A stretch of 50,291 nucleotides of DNA, taken from Promethearchaeota archaeon. Lineage in GTDB: Archaea; Asgardarchaeota; Lokiarchaeia; Sigyniarchaeales; SOKP01. The DNA lies in contig JBHLNS010000021.1 in the NCBI GenBank assembly GCA_048941285.1, forward strand, positions 1 through 50,291. Direction: 5' to 3'. The translations under genes were made by a program, and so were the position numbers. Of this stretch, positions 1 to 9,752 are shown one piece after another. The stretch's first letter is position 1; every line of letters begins with the position of its first letter. The notes under the pieces were generated by a model. The model did no database searches, was not told the DNA's origin, and worked only from the letters and a program-made list of their open reading frames with translations.

Positions 1-1752
1 GAAGCACAAAAAGCATTTTTATTTGGAGATAAAAAACCTTTGCATGTAGAATTTGAGAATAAAAAGGGACAAGTTACAAGCAGAACAATTACATATCAAG
101 GGTTTTATAAACATTGGTTAAGAGATTGGGATGTGGGAGGTACTTATACTGATAAAAAAATATGCGATGAATGTAATGGAACAAAATTACGTGCCCAATA
201 TTTAGCAATTTCTCTAAGTGGGCATAATATATTTCAAATAAGTGAACTCCCACTAAATGAACTTTATGCATTATTGAAGGATATTAGGATGGGAGATGAT
301 ATTCCCGATTTTGTAAAAATTAGTTTAAAAATTATATTAGTTCGATTGGAGTTTTTAATTAAAACGGGGTTAGGGTATATAAATATAAATCGCGTGGCTG
401 AAAGCCTTTCTGCTGGAGAGGCTCAAAGAGTTCGATTAGCTGGATTATTAGGGAGTGAATTATCATCATTAACAGTGTTACTTGATGAACCCTCAAGAGG
501 GTTACATCCTTCTGAGCTCCAAGCATTATTGGAGATATTAATGCAATTACGTGATATGGGTAATACTATTATCACTATTGAGCATGATCCATTATTTATG
601 GAATTTGCTGATTATATTATTGATATGGGCCCTGGAGCGGGAATAAATGGAGGGAAAATAGTAGCAGAAGGATCTTTAGAAGAAATAAAGAAAACTAATA
701 CTATAACAAGCAATTGGTTAAATGGAAAAAAAAAGTTTAAATTATCGAAAAAAGCGCGGAAACCCAAAAAATGGCTAAAGATCTATGGTGCTACAGAAAA
801 TAATTTGAAAGGAGATTTAATTGAAATCCCTCATGGTTTATTAGTAGGACTATGTGGTGTTTCAGGTTCAGGAAAAAGTACACTAATTATTGATACATTG
901 GGCAGAGCTTTAGTTCCTATAAAGCACACTACATCTGTATCTCGTGAACCTATTGATCCTGGGAAATATGAAAAGATCGAAGATGCTTTATCTAAAACTA
1001 TAATTATTGATCAAACAAAAAAAAAGATAGGGAGCCCTCTAAAATTTTTAGGACTAGATCATCTAATTACACAGCTCTTTGCAGAGACAGAAGATGCTAT
1101 AGCTCTAGGTTTAGATAATAAAAAGTTAGCTAAAAGATGTTCTGTCTGTAAGGGACGTGGTTATATTAAAATTGATATGAAATTTCTACCCGATATCGTT
1201 GAAACATGTGAGATATGCAAGGGATCAGGTTATCAAGCTGAAGCCTGGCAAGTTTACTTTAAAGATGTGTCCTTACCTCAAGTAAATAATTTAACAATAG
1301 AAGAAGCATACAATTTTTTTAGAGAATTCGCGAATATATCATCAAAGTTAGACTATGCTAAAAAAGTAGGATTAGGATATTTGCGATTGAATCAACCTGC
1401 CCGAACACTTTCTGGCGGTGAAGCTCAAAGGCTTAAGATAATAAAAGAATTATCAAAGAAATCTACTAAAAAAACCTTATACATCTTAGATGAACCGACA
1501 ATTGGACAACATTTGGAAGATATATCTAACTTAATTGATGTGCTTCAACTTTTAGTTGATGATGGTCATACAGTATTAGTTATTGAACACCATCCTTATG
1601 TTTTGGCATCTTGTGATTGGATTATAGAGCTTGGACCTGGTGCAGGGCCAAAAGGAGGTAGAGTTGTTTCACAAGGGCCTCCTGAAGAAGTAGCGAAGCA
1701 AGACACCCCAACAGCACCATATTTAAAAAAAGTATTGGAGGGAGGATTGTGA
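1..1752 (+). CDS. uvrA: UvrA-family ABC ATPase (excinuclease ABC subunit A-like), 5'-truncated by the window edge
   Basis: Frame is open from base 1. Two ABC modules (LSAGEAQR..LLDEPS; GVSGSGKS; LSGGEAQR..ILDEPT), CxxCxG zinc-finger motifs and GPGAG..GG loops typical of UvrA. Confidence 0.88.
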   Translation, partial: EAQKAFLFGDKKPLHVEFENKKGQVTSRTITYQGFYKHWLRDWDVGGTYTDKKICDECNGTKLRAQYLAISLSGHNIFQISELPLNELYALLKDIRMGDDIPDFVKISLKIILVRLEFLIKTGLGYININRVAESLSAGEAQRVRLAGLLGSELSSLTVLLDEPSRGLHPSELQALLEILMQLRDMGNTIITIEHDPLFMEFADYIIDMGPGAGINGGKIVAEGSLEEIKKTNTITSNWLNGKKKFKLSKKARKPKKWLKIYGATENNLKGDLIEIPHGLLVGLCGVSGSGKSTLIIDTLGRALVPIKHTTSVSREPIDPGKYEKIEDALSKTIIIDQTKKKIGSPLKFLGLDHLITQLFAETEDAIALGLDNKKLAKRCSVCKGRGYIKIDMKFLPDIVETCEICKGSGYQAEAWQVYFKDVSLPQVNNLTIEEAYNFFREFANISSKLDYAKKVGLGYLRLNQPARTLSGGEAQRLKIIKELSKKSTKKTLYILDEPTIGQHLEDISNLIDVLQLLVDDGHTVLVIEHHPYVLASCDWIIELGPGAGPKGGRVVSQGPPEEVAKQDTPTAPYLKKVLEGGL

Positions 1753-2783
1753 CTTGGATTCCTCTGCTATTAACTGATCCATCACCATGTTTAAGGTATT
1801 TAATTTTGACTGAATTGTTGCATCTTAAAGAGGAGGATGAAGAGGTTCATGAGCTATTAGAAATGAGAGAATCAGATCAACTTGTAAAAGGGTTATCCAG
1901 ACTCCAAAAACCTAATGGAGCATGGAATTCTCTTGGAAATAATCAGATAGTTTCTGGAAATAATATCCAATTAACTTCTATAGCATTACAAAGACTTGGT
2001 TATTTTGGATTTGACTCTTCTTATCCATTGGTGCAGAAGGCAGCAGATTTCCTTTTTTCAAAACAGCAAGAGGATGGCTCTTGGCCAATGCCAGCGAAGA
2101 AACAACTAACAGATGAAGAAGTTGGATATCAAATGATGCCAATTCAAACTGCAATACCACTCTTAGGATTAATAATGTGTGGGTATTCTACCGATGAAAG
2201 AATTGAGAATGCATTTGAATGGCTAATGGCTCAACGATTAGAGGATGGCGCATGGCCGGTTGGTATTTCAGCGGGTAATTATGGGGGGATTGCTGGATAT
2301 CGTCGCCTTGCACATTCAAGATGGGGGTGTCGATCGAGTACAACTGCAGTTCTTAGCTGTTTTGTTTATCATCCCAAACGTTGTCGAAGTATTGAAGCAA
2401 AAAGAGCTCTAGATCTCATACTTGGAACAACATCTAAATTAAGAAATAATCTTGGTTTCATAGTTGCTCGTCTTATAGGATTAGAAAGATCTATTGGTCA
2501 AATAACTTTTATGGCAAAATTTGATATTGCTCATATATTAAATCTATGTTGGAGAGTAGGTTCTAATATAGATGATGAACGCATTTATGATCTCATTGAG
2601 TTTATAAAATCTGAAAAAGGAGAATATGGATTATGGGAACATTTGAAATATCCGCAAGCTACGCGTTGGTTAACTTTTGACTTATTAAGATCGCTCTCTC
2701 ATATAAATAAAAATGTAGAATGGATTTCTGAGGAACCACGAACTCCGTTTCAAGCATATCCAAAAAAGTTGAAAAGATACTGA
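1749..2783 (+). CDS. Prenyltransferase/squalene-cyclase-repeat (alpha/alpha toroid) protein
   Basis: QW-like repeats QKPNGAW, QQEDGSW, RLEDGAW. Overlaps the uvrA stop by 4 nt (GTGA). Confidence 0.65.
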   Translation: MTWIPLLLTDPSPCLRYLILTELLHLKEEDEEVHELLEMRESDQLVKGLSRLQKPNGAWNSLGNNQIVSGNNIQLTSIALQRLGYFGFDSSYPLVQKAADFLFSKQQEDGSWPMPAKKQLTDEEVGYQMMPIQTAIPLLGLIMCGYSTDERIENAFEWLMAQRLEDGAWPVGISAGNYGGIAGYRRLAHSRWGCRSSTTAVLSCFVYHPKRCRSIEAKRALDLILGTTSKLRNNLGFIVARLIGLERSIGQITFMAKFDIAHILNLCWRVGSNIDDERIYDLIEFIKSEKGEYGLWEHLKYPQATRWLTFDLLRSLSHINKNVEWISEEPRTPFQAYPKKLKRY

Positions 2784-2852
2784 AAAAAGCTTATTAGATT
2801 CCATGTATTTAGATATATATTATTAATTTTATAATTTTACGAGGGTAGAGAT

Positions 2853-3266
2853 ATGAAAACAACACTTCACCATGCACATTTATTTGCTTCGAATCTTGAT
2901 ATTAGTATCAATTTTTATAAAGAAATGTTTGGGGCTGAAATATTATTTGATTTAAAAATGGCAGGTGCTAGAAACGTAATGATATCCATTGGAACATCGA
3001 AAATAAATTTTTATGATCAACCCCCTAAAGATAAGGGAAGGGGAGCAATACATCATTTGGGAATAGAAACTGACGATTTGGAGGGCCTTGTAACGCACAT
3101 GAAAAAAAATGGTTTTCAATTTATTAAAGAAATCAAAAATTTTGGTCCTTTAAAGTATGTAATGGCGGCAGCTCCAGATAATGTGCTTCTAGAGCTGTTT
3201 CAAGTTGTAAAAGAAAAGATTTCAGAGGATCAATTTAATCAAATATCATCCTTAAATTCTTTATAA
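2853..3266 (+). CDS. VOC/glyoxalase family protein
   Basis: LHHAHL..FY..MFG, IHHLGI, and PDNVLLELFQ metal-binding pattern. Confidence 0.85.
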   Translation: MKTTLHHAHLFASNLDISINFYKEMFGAEILFDLKMAGARNVMISIGTSKINFYDQPPKDKGRGAIHHLGIETDDLEGLVTHMKKNGFQFIKEIKNFGPLKYVMAAAPDNVLLELFQVVKEKISEDQFNQISSLNSL

Positions 3267-3443
3267 ATCTTTCTAAAGAGATGGAGGAAGAAAGGAAAAA
3301 GGATCCAAATAAAGGGGTGCGACCTGAGTCTAATTCCATAAAAGAAATCGAGAAATGGGTTAAAAAAAATTTTTCTCTTGATTATAGTTGATCAAAATTA
3401 AAATTTAATCATTTTACTTTATTTAAATTTTATTCTGCGAAAT

Positions 3444-4031
3444 CTATTTCTGTTTTAATATTTCTTTATAAAAATCTCTTATAATAGATTCACGTTCTTT
3501 AGCCATTTCTTTTGAAATATCTAAATATAACTGATCTTTTAGGTTTAAAATTTTGTTTTCTAAATGCTCAATAACTTGATCAAGACCCCCTTTTTTCTTA
3601 ATTGTAAATCCTATGGTTCTATAAAGTCCTATAGCACCAAGGGCATCTAACTTATCGGCATCAGATAAGATTTTCGCTTCAAGAGTTTGAGGATTTGAAT
3701 TATTTGAGAATGAATGGGATCTAATACAATGAATTATATTGTTCTGTTCTTCATAAGAAATTGAAAAACCTTTAGATTGCAAGAATTCAAGAGCAATTTC
3801 AGCAGATAGCTCAGCATGGTTTTTTTTATTAATATCAATTTCATGAATTCTTCCAATATCATGAAGTAGAGAAGCAATTTGTAATATTCTTAAATCTGCT
3901 CGTAAAAATTTACCTAATTTAAGACATAAATTATAAACCCTCTCAACATGAGAGAAACCATGAATATCATCTTTTTCTGAATTATTAAAAGCAAAATCTC
4001 TAATTAAAGATAGAATTTTATAATCTAACAT
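3444..4031 (-). CDS. HD-domain phosphohydrolase
   Basis: HGFSHVERV, LLHDIGR, HAELSA, SDADKLDALGAIG motifs. Confidence 0.9.
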   Translation of the reverse strand: MLDYKILSLIRDFAFNNSEKDDIHGFSHVERVYNLCLKLGKFLRADLRILQIASLLHDIGRIHEIDINKKNHAELSAEIALEFLQSKGFSISYEEQNNIIHCIRSHSFSNNSNPQTLEAKILSDADKLDALGAIGLYRTIGFTIKKKGGLDQVIEHLENKILNLKDQLYLDISKEMAKERESIIRDFYKEILKQK

Positions 4032-4133
4032 TAGGCTAATTTGATTAAAATTAGATAAATTTTAAATTAAACCTTTACAAATGCAAAAAAGGTCCTTCTT
4101 TTTTCCTCACATTTAGAGGTTATAAAGAACAAT

Positions 4134-5348
<1,215 letters not shown>

Positions 5349-5552
5349 AATTATATGATAGAAATTTATTTTATCCTTATGTTTTTATAGAAAATATTTA
5401 CATTTATTTTTATCTAAGACAATGTTGGAAATGTTTTTATATCTTTAATTTTTCCTAATTTTTTGAAATTTTCTTTTAATCTAGACTTCATAACTTAATA
5501 AAAATCTCATTTAAAGAGTCGAATATAATTGATTATTATAGGAGGCAATCCT

Positions 5553-5596
5553 ATTGTTAACCTTTCACTATCTTTTTCTGAAAGGTATCATCCAAT
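5553..5596 (-). promoter_or_regulatory. SECIS-like 3'-UTR hairpin (candidate)
   Basis: Minus strand AUUG-G-AUGAU-ACCUUUCA-GAAAAAGAUAG-UGAAAGGU-UAA-CAAU: lower helix, AUGA, perfect 8-bp upper helix and A-rich loop, starting 4 nt after the TAA of the read-through frame. The 3' core is UAA rather than the canonical NGA. Confidence 0.4.
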
Positions 5597-5599
5597 TTC

Positions 5600-6076
5600 T
5601 TAATCATTTCTTTTAATTTTAAAATAATGGGCAAATCCTTCATAGTCTTTTCCATAGGTTTTCATTATTATTGTTTTGAATTTTCCAAAATCTAATCTCT
5701 CTCTCATAACATCAGCTCATCAATCAGCATGCACTACTATAGTAATTTCGCTATCAGGATATAAATTAAAATTGATATCTTCATGTAATGGCATGAATTC
5801 TTTATTTGGTCCATAGGCGTTCACCGCGCAATCTTCGTAAATAACATTATTCTCAGCATCCCAAATTAATTGAAGAAAACTGTGAATTAAACCTTTATAA
5901 ACAGGAAATATTGAAGAATTGGGATTTTCATATGTCATTTTGTCTAAATTAGTTAATAAATCTATGATTGATCCGTTATCAGATATGATTATGTCCTTTT
6001 CAAGCCCATTTGATAGCCTTTTTTCTGGATCTGGCGCAAAAATTGTAAGTTTAATTTTTTTAATTTTAATAATCAC
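5600..6076 (-). CDS. MoaD/SAMP/ubiquitin-like beta-grasp protein; 118 aa to TGA-TGA (5722-5717), or 158 aa if both UGA are read through (candidate selenoprotein)
   Basis: Layout KIKLTIFA..GSIIDLLTNL..CAVNAYG..LYPDSEITIV resembles MoaD/ThiS. After TGATGA the frame continues ADVMRERLDFGKFKTIIMKTYGKDYEGFAHYFKIKRND-TAA. Confidence 0.55.
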
Positions 6077-6108
6077 CCTTTGTAAAATAAAAAATATAAA
6101 TTTGAAAT

Positions 6109-6405
6109 TTAAATTAACCCTTTTGTTTTAAGAATTTTAGGTAATTCTTGCTTGAGAGAAAAAGTTGAAGTAAATATTGTCTCTCCATCAATAACTACAC
6201 ATTTATTCCGTAAGTTTAGTTTTCTTGCTTGTTCAGAGTTAAGGTTTTTAGTATCATAATCTATATGCTGTATATAAGGTGTAAGTTCCATAAAGACTCG
6301 ATTTATAAATTTATCCCATTCGCACGCACAGGCGTCTAAGGGGACATAGATGTCAACTTTTAATTTTTCTAAAACTTTTTCTTCACTAATTTTTATCACA
6401 TCCAA
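6109..6405 (-). CDS. Small thioredoxin-fold CxC protein, ArsD metallochaperone-like
   Basis: VDIYVPLDACAC near the N-terminus and CVVIDGE near the C-terminus echo the ArsD layout. Lies in the acr3 cluster. Start codon uncertain. Confidence 0.5.
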   Translation of the reverse strand: MDVIKISEEKVLEKLKVDIYVPLDACACEWDKFINRVFMELTPYIQHIDYDTKNLNSEQARKLNLRNKCVVIDGETIFTSTFSLKQELPKILKTKGLI

Positions 6406-6413
6406 AATCTAGT

Positions 6414-6593
6414 TTAATCATTTTGATGAAGTCCCTTACATCTATCAGTGCCACAATGAATATGCCTGGGTTCATACTCAGGACTATCTTTATAACAATG
6501 TGATTCAATTTGATTACAACTTGAATGAGAGATTTGGTTAATAGCTTCTTTTATTATCTCGGTAATTCGTTTATCCATTTCTTCTTCTTTCAT
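6414..6593 (-). CDS. 59-aa Cys/His-rich small protein (not in ORF track)
   Basis: Manual translation: MKEEEMDKRITEIIKEAINQISHSSCNQIESHCYKDSPEYEPRHIHCGTDRCKGLHQND*. Fills the gap between acr3 and the CxC gene on the same strand. Confidence 0.65.
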   Translation of the reverse strand: MKEEEMDKRITEIIKEAINQISHSSCNQIESHCYKDSPEYEPRHIHCGTDRCKGLHQND

Positions 6594-6670
6594 ATCTAAT
6601 CATTAAAATTGCTTTAGTTTTTTCAAGATTTCTATCCATTAATCAATATTCTATTTCAAAATTGAAAATA

Positions 6671-7750
6671 TTAGGATTTCCAAAATCCCCGTTTCCTCAG
6701 AAATTTGCCTAAATAGACAATCGACAACATTACAGGAACCTCCCAAAATAGCCCCATTGTAGTGCCTAAGGCTGCAATAGAGCCAATACCATACATTGCG
6801 ATAGCTGTAGCAATAGCAATTTCGAAATGACTGGAGGAGCCAATAATTACTGTGATAATCGCTTCTCGATACTTCAATTTTGTAAGCTTTGTAATTAAAA
6901 TATTATAACCAACTACTATTACGAAACCAATTAATAGAGGAATTGATATTAATAATAACAAATCCGGATTCTCGATCAAAACCTCTCCATTCATAGAAAA
7001 AAGAACTACTAATGTTGTTAATAACGCCACAATGGAGATTTTTCCAACAATTGGTCGATACGTGTTGTTAAACCAATCTTCACCCTTAGTTGATATTAAT
7101 AGTCTTTTACTTAATACACCAAACAATAATGGAAGTCCAATAAAAATAAACGTTGATACAAGTAAAAGAATCCAATTCACTGGAATATTCTGAATACCTG
7201 TTAATAATGTAACCATAGGTGCATAACCAAATATTATCGTTATTGTGTTAAGGCTTGTATTTACCACATTTTGTTCTTGATTTCCTTTTGCCATCCATCC
7301 CCAGACTAAAACCATAGCAGTGCATGGACTTGAACTTAATAATACAATAGCAACTATTAGTTGCTCACTACCCTGTAAAAAGATACGTGCCATAAGTAAA
7401 CCTACAAAAGGGGCAATTAACCAATTAGATATTAATGTCAAAATTATTGGTTTAGGATTTTTCCCTAATTTCTTTAACTCTGAAACTTGTAAATTTAACA
7501 TAGCAGGGTACATCATTAAGAATAAGCAGATACCAATAGGTATAGAAATCTGACCTATACTAATAGAATTAATAACTTGACTTATACCAGGGATATATAT
7601 TGAGAGAAGAATTCCAATAAAAATACATAGAGCAACCCATAAAGTAAGAAATTTCTCAAAAAATCCAAGTTGTTTAGAATCTTCATCTTTACCTGTCGAT
7701 TCATCTTCTTTGTTTGATATCCTGATTGTTTTGCTTTCTTCTTTACTCAT
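6671..7750 (-). CDS. acr3: ACR3 family arsenite efflux transporter
   Basis: FFEKFLTLWV, LFLMMYP, PCTAMVLVW, SSHFEIAIA, EVPVML motifs; multiple TM helices. Confidence 0.95.
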   Translation of the reverse strand: MSKEESKTIRISNKEDESTGKDEDSKQLGFFEKFLTLWVALCIFIGILLSIYIPGISQVINSISIGQISIPIGICLFLMMYPAMLNLQVSELKKLGKNPKPIILTLISNWLIAPFVGLLMARIFLQGSEQLIVAIVLLSSSPCTAMVLVWGWMAKGNQEQNVVNTSLNTITIIFGYAPMVTLLTGIQNIPVNWILLLVSTFIFIGLPLLFGVLSKRLLISTKGEDWFNNTYRPIVGKISIVALLTTLVVLFSMNGEVLIENPDLLLLISIPLLIGFVIVVGYNILITKLTKLKYREAIITVIIGSSSHFEIAIATAIAMYGIGSIAALGTTMGLFWEVPVMLSIVYLGKFLRKRGFWKS

Positions 7751-7892
7751 TTTGCTTCATCTTTTTGATATTAAATTAATAGATTTGTAAAATCTGAGAT
7801 AATAAAATTTTTATTCAAATAAAAATTTATTGATTTGAAAGAAACAATATAAATTAATTTTTCTTCTCTAATTATTGAAAAATTAAAGAAAA

Positions 7893-8288
7893 GTGTTCCA
7901 AATGGATATAGAACATGAAAAGGAAATTAAAGACAAATTAATTAAGTGTGAAGATATAGAAAATGTAGATTTACATTTCAATAAATTAAGAAACAAAGGA
8001 GATGTATTATTTCAAGATTCTAGGTTTAATGATCTGATTGAATTTTTAAATGCTTTATCTAATAAGAAACGTTTAATTATTCTCAATATTTTAAAAGAAA
8101 AAGACAGATGTGTGTGTGAGCTAGAAGCTACATTAGATGAGTCACAACCCTCTATATCACATCATTTAAAGATTCTTGAAAATGCTGGATTAATTAGAGG
8201 TTGGAAAAAAGGTAAATTTACACATTATGATTTTATTAGAGAAAAGTTTGAATTATATTTTAATTTATTACAAAAAGAATTAATCTAA
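7893..8288 (+). CDS. arsR: ArsR/SmtB metalloregulatory repressor
   Basis: ALSNKKRLIIL, RCVCEL metal site, SQPSISHHLKIL helix-turn-helix. Divergent from acr3. Confidence 0.92.
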   Translation: MFQMDIEHEKEIKDKLIKCEDIENVDLHFNKLRNKGDVLFQDSRFNDLIEFLNALSNKKRLIILNILKEKDRCVCELEATLDESQPSISHHLKILENAGLIRGWKKGKFTHYDFIREKFELYFNLLQKELI

Positions 8289-8480
8289 AATATTGTATTT
8301 GGTTTTTCTAGTCTCAAATTATTTTGTAATTTTCTTCTTCCAAAATACGATTTTGTAAATTTTATGGTTTTTGTCGAAGTTCTACTTATCGCTAACTGTG
8401 ATTACCGCTAAATATATATTTGTTAATTGTCATACAATTAATGTTCATAAAACTAAGGAATAATTAAAGGAAAACTGTAT

Positions 8481-9731
8481 ATGAAAGATATAAATGACAT
8501 TCCAGAATTTTCGAAATATTTCAAGGTAATTTCACCGTCAGAAATCAACATTGAAAAAGAGCATATTTTTTATCGGGATAAATATAATGATATTATTAAT
8601 TTTCTCAAAGCTATGTTAACAAATCATGACGATCCTGCTTTAAATGGATATATAGAGCCAAAAGGAGCGATATTAATTAATCTTAACGTCGGAACAGATA
8701 TATTAGACTATATAAAACTTATATCAAAAAACTACTACTTAGATTTAATTGAATTTAACGATACTGAAGCTATCAAGAATCCCGATATATTTTTAAAAAG
8801 TTTTACTTCAATAATAGAAGCATTAAGAGAATATGGAAAAAAAGAGGATGAAAGTAAAAAGGAAGTAAGAGAGCATGATAAAATTGAGGAAAAAAAAATA
8901 TTGTTGATAGACCAAAAACCTTCATTGAAACAGAATTTTGGTGAAAAAAGTTTATTAGAAATTTTTCTAAACACTTGGCAAGACCCGAGTTTAGAATATA
9001 AATTTATTACCTCTAATTTAATTATGGTTTGGTTAAATTATGAAATTCAGGATATTAACAGAGTGTCCAATAAAATATATGATACTTTTGATCTTTTTAT
9101 TAAAATCCCATTATTGAATAAAGTAGAACGCGAAACGTTATTGAAAGATTTTTTAGAAAAAAATCAAAAGATTGTTTTCGATATTAATGATATTTTAAAT
9201 TATACAGAAAACTGGGAAGTAAAAGACATTTTACAATTGATCAAAATTGGTATATTCAAGCATTTCTTGAACTCAGAGCTGAATGAGATGAGTAATGAAA
9301 TTACAGACATTTTAATTGATATGATTATTTCAGGGGAATATATTCCTAGTTCGATATCTCAAAATTCAGAAAAAAACTCAAATATTGATTCAGATAATGA
9401 AATTCATCAATTTAATGAGAAAACCTCCAATGAAATAATTAAAAATGTTGAAAAAGTCACAGATGCCAAAGATATTGTGAATATTATTCAAGAATCACGA
9501 GTTTCAGAATTTATGCTAAATCAATTATATGAAAATGCTGCTTCAAAAAATTATACCGAACTTACAATTATTATTGATAAATTAAATAAAAAAGAACCTT
9601 TGGAAGATAATGATATGAAATTGCTAGCGAAATTCCCATTTATTTTAAATGATTCTCCAAATAAAGCACAAATAAACCTAGAAAAGGCTAAAAAGAGGGT
9701 AGATTTAATAAAGCAAGCATTTGGCAAATAA
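8481..9731 (+). CDS. Degenerate AAA+-like protein (no intact Walker motifs), first gene of the SMC operon
   Basis: EPKGAILIN (pre-Walker A strand) and FDLFIKIPLLNKVERETLLK (lid segment) resemble AAA ATPases, but GxxGxGKT is absent. Confidence 0.5.
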   Translation: MKDINDIPEFSKYFKVISPSEINIEKEHIFYRDKYNDIINFLKAMLTNHDDPALNGYIEPKGAILINLNVGTDILDYIKLISKNYYLDLIEFNDTEAIKNPDIFLKSFTSIIEALREYGKKEDESKKEVREHDKIEEKKILLIDQKPSLKQNFGEKSLLEIFLNTWQDPSLEYKFITSNLIMVWLNYEIQDINRVSNKIYDTFDLFIKIPLLNKVERETLLKDFLEKNQKIVFDINDILNYTENWEVKDILQLIKIGIFKHFLNSELNEMSNEITDILIDMIISGEYIPSSISQNSEKNSNIDSDNEIHQFNEKTSNEIIKNVEKVTDAKDIVNIIQESRVSEFMLNQLYENAASKNYTELTIIIDKLNKKEPLEDNDMKLLAKFPFILNDSPNKAQINLEKAKKRVDLIKQAFGK

Positions 9732-9752
9732 GGTTTGAAAAGATGAGGTAAT

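Noticed and set aside
1749-2783. Squalene-hopene or oxidosqualene cyclase
   Set aside because: Only 344 aa (a single barrel) with no DXDD or DCTAE catalytic motif.
5717-5722. Genome-wide reassignment of UGA to Gly or Trp as the explanation of TGA-TGA
   Set aside because: Several clear genes in the window end at TGA at their expected C-termini (e.g. 1752, 2783, 13882, 41541), and long genes have no internal TGA.
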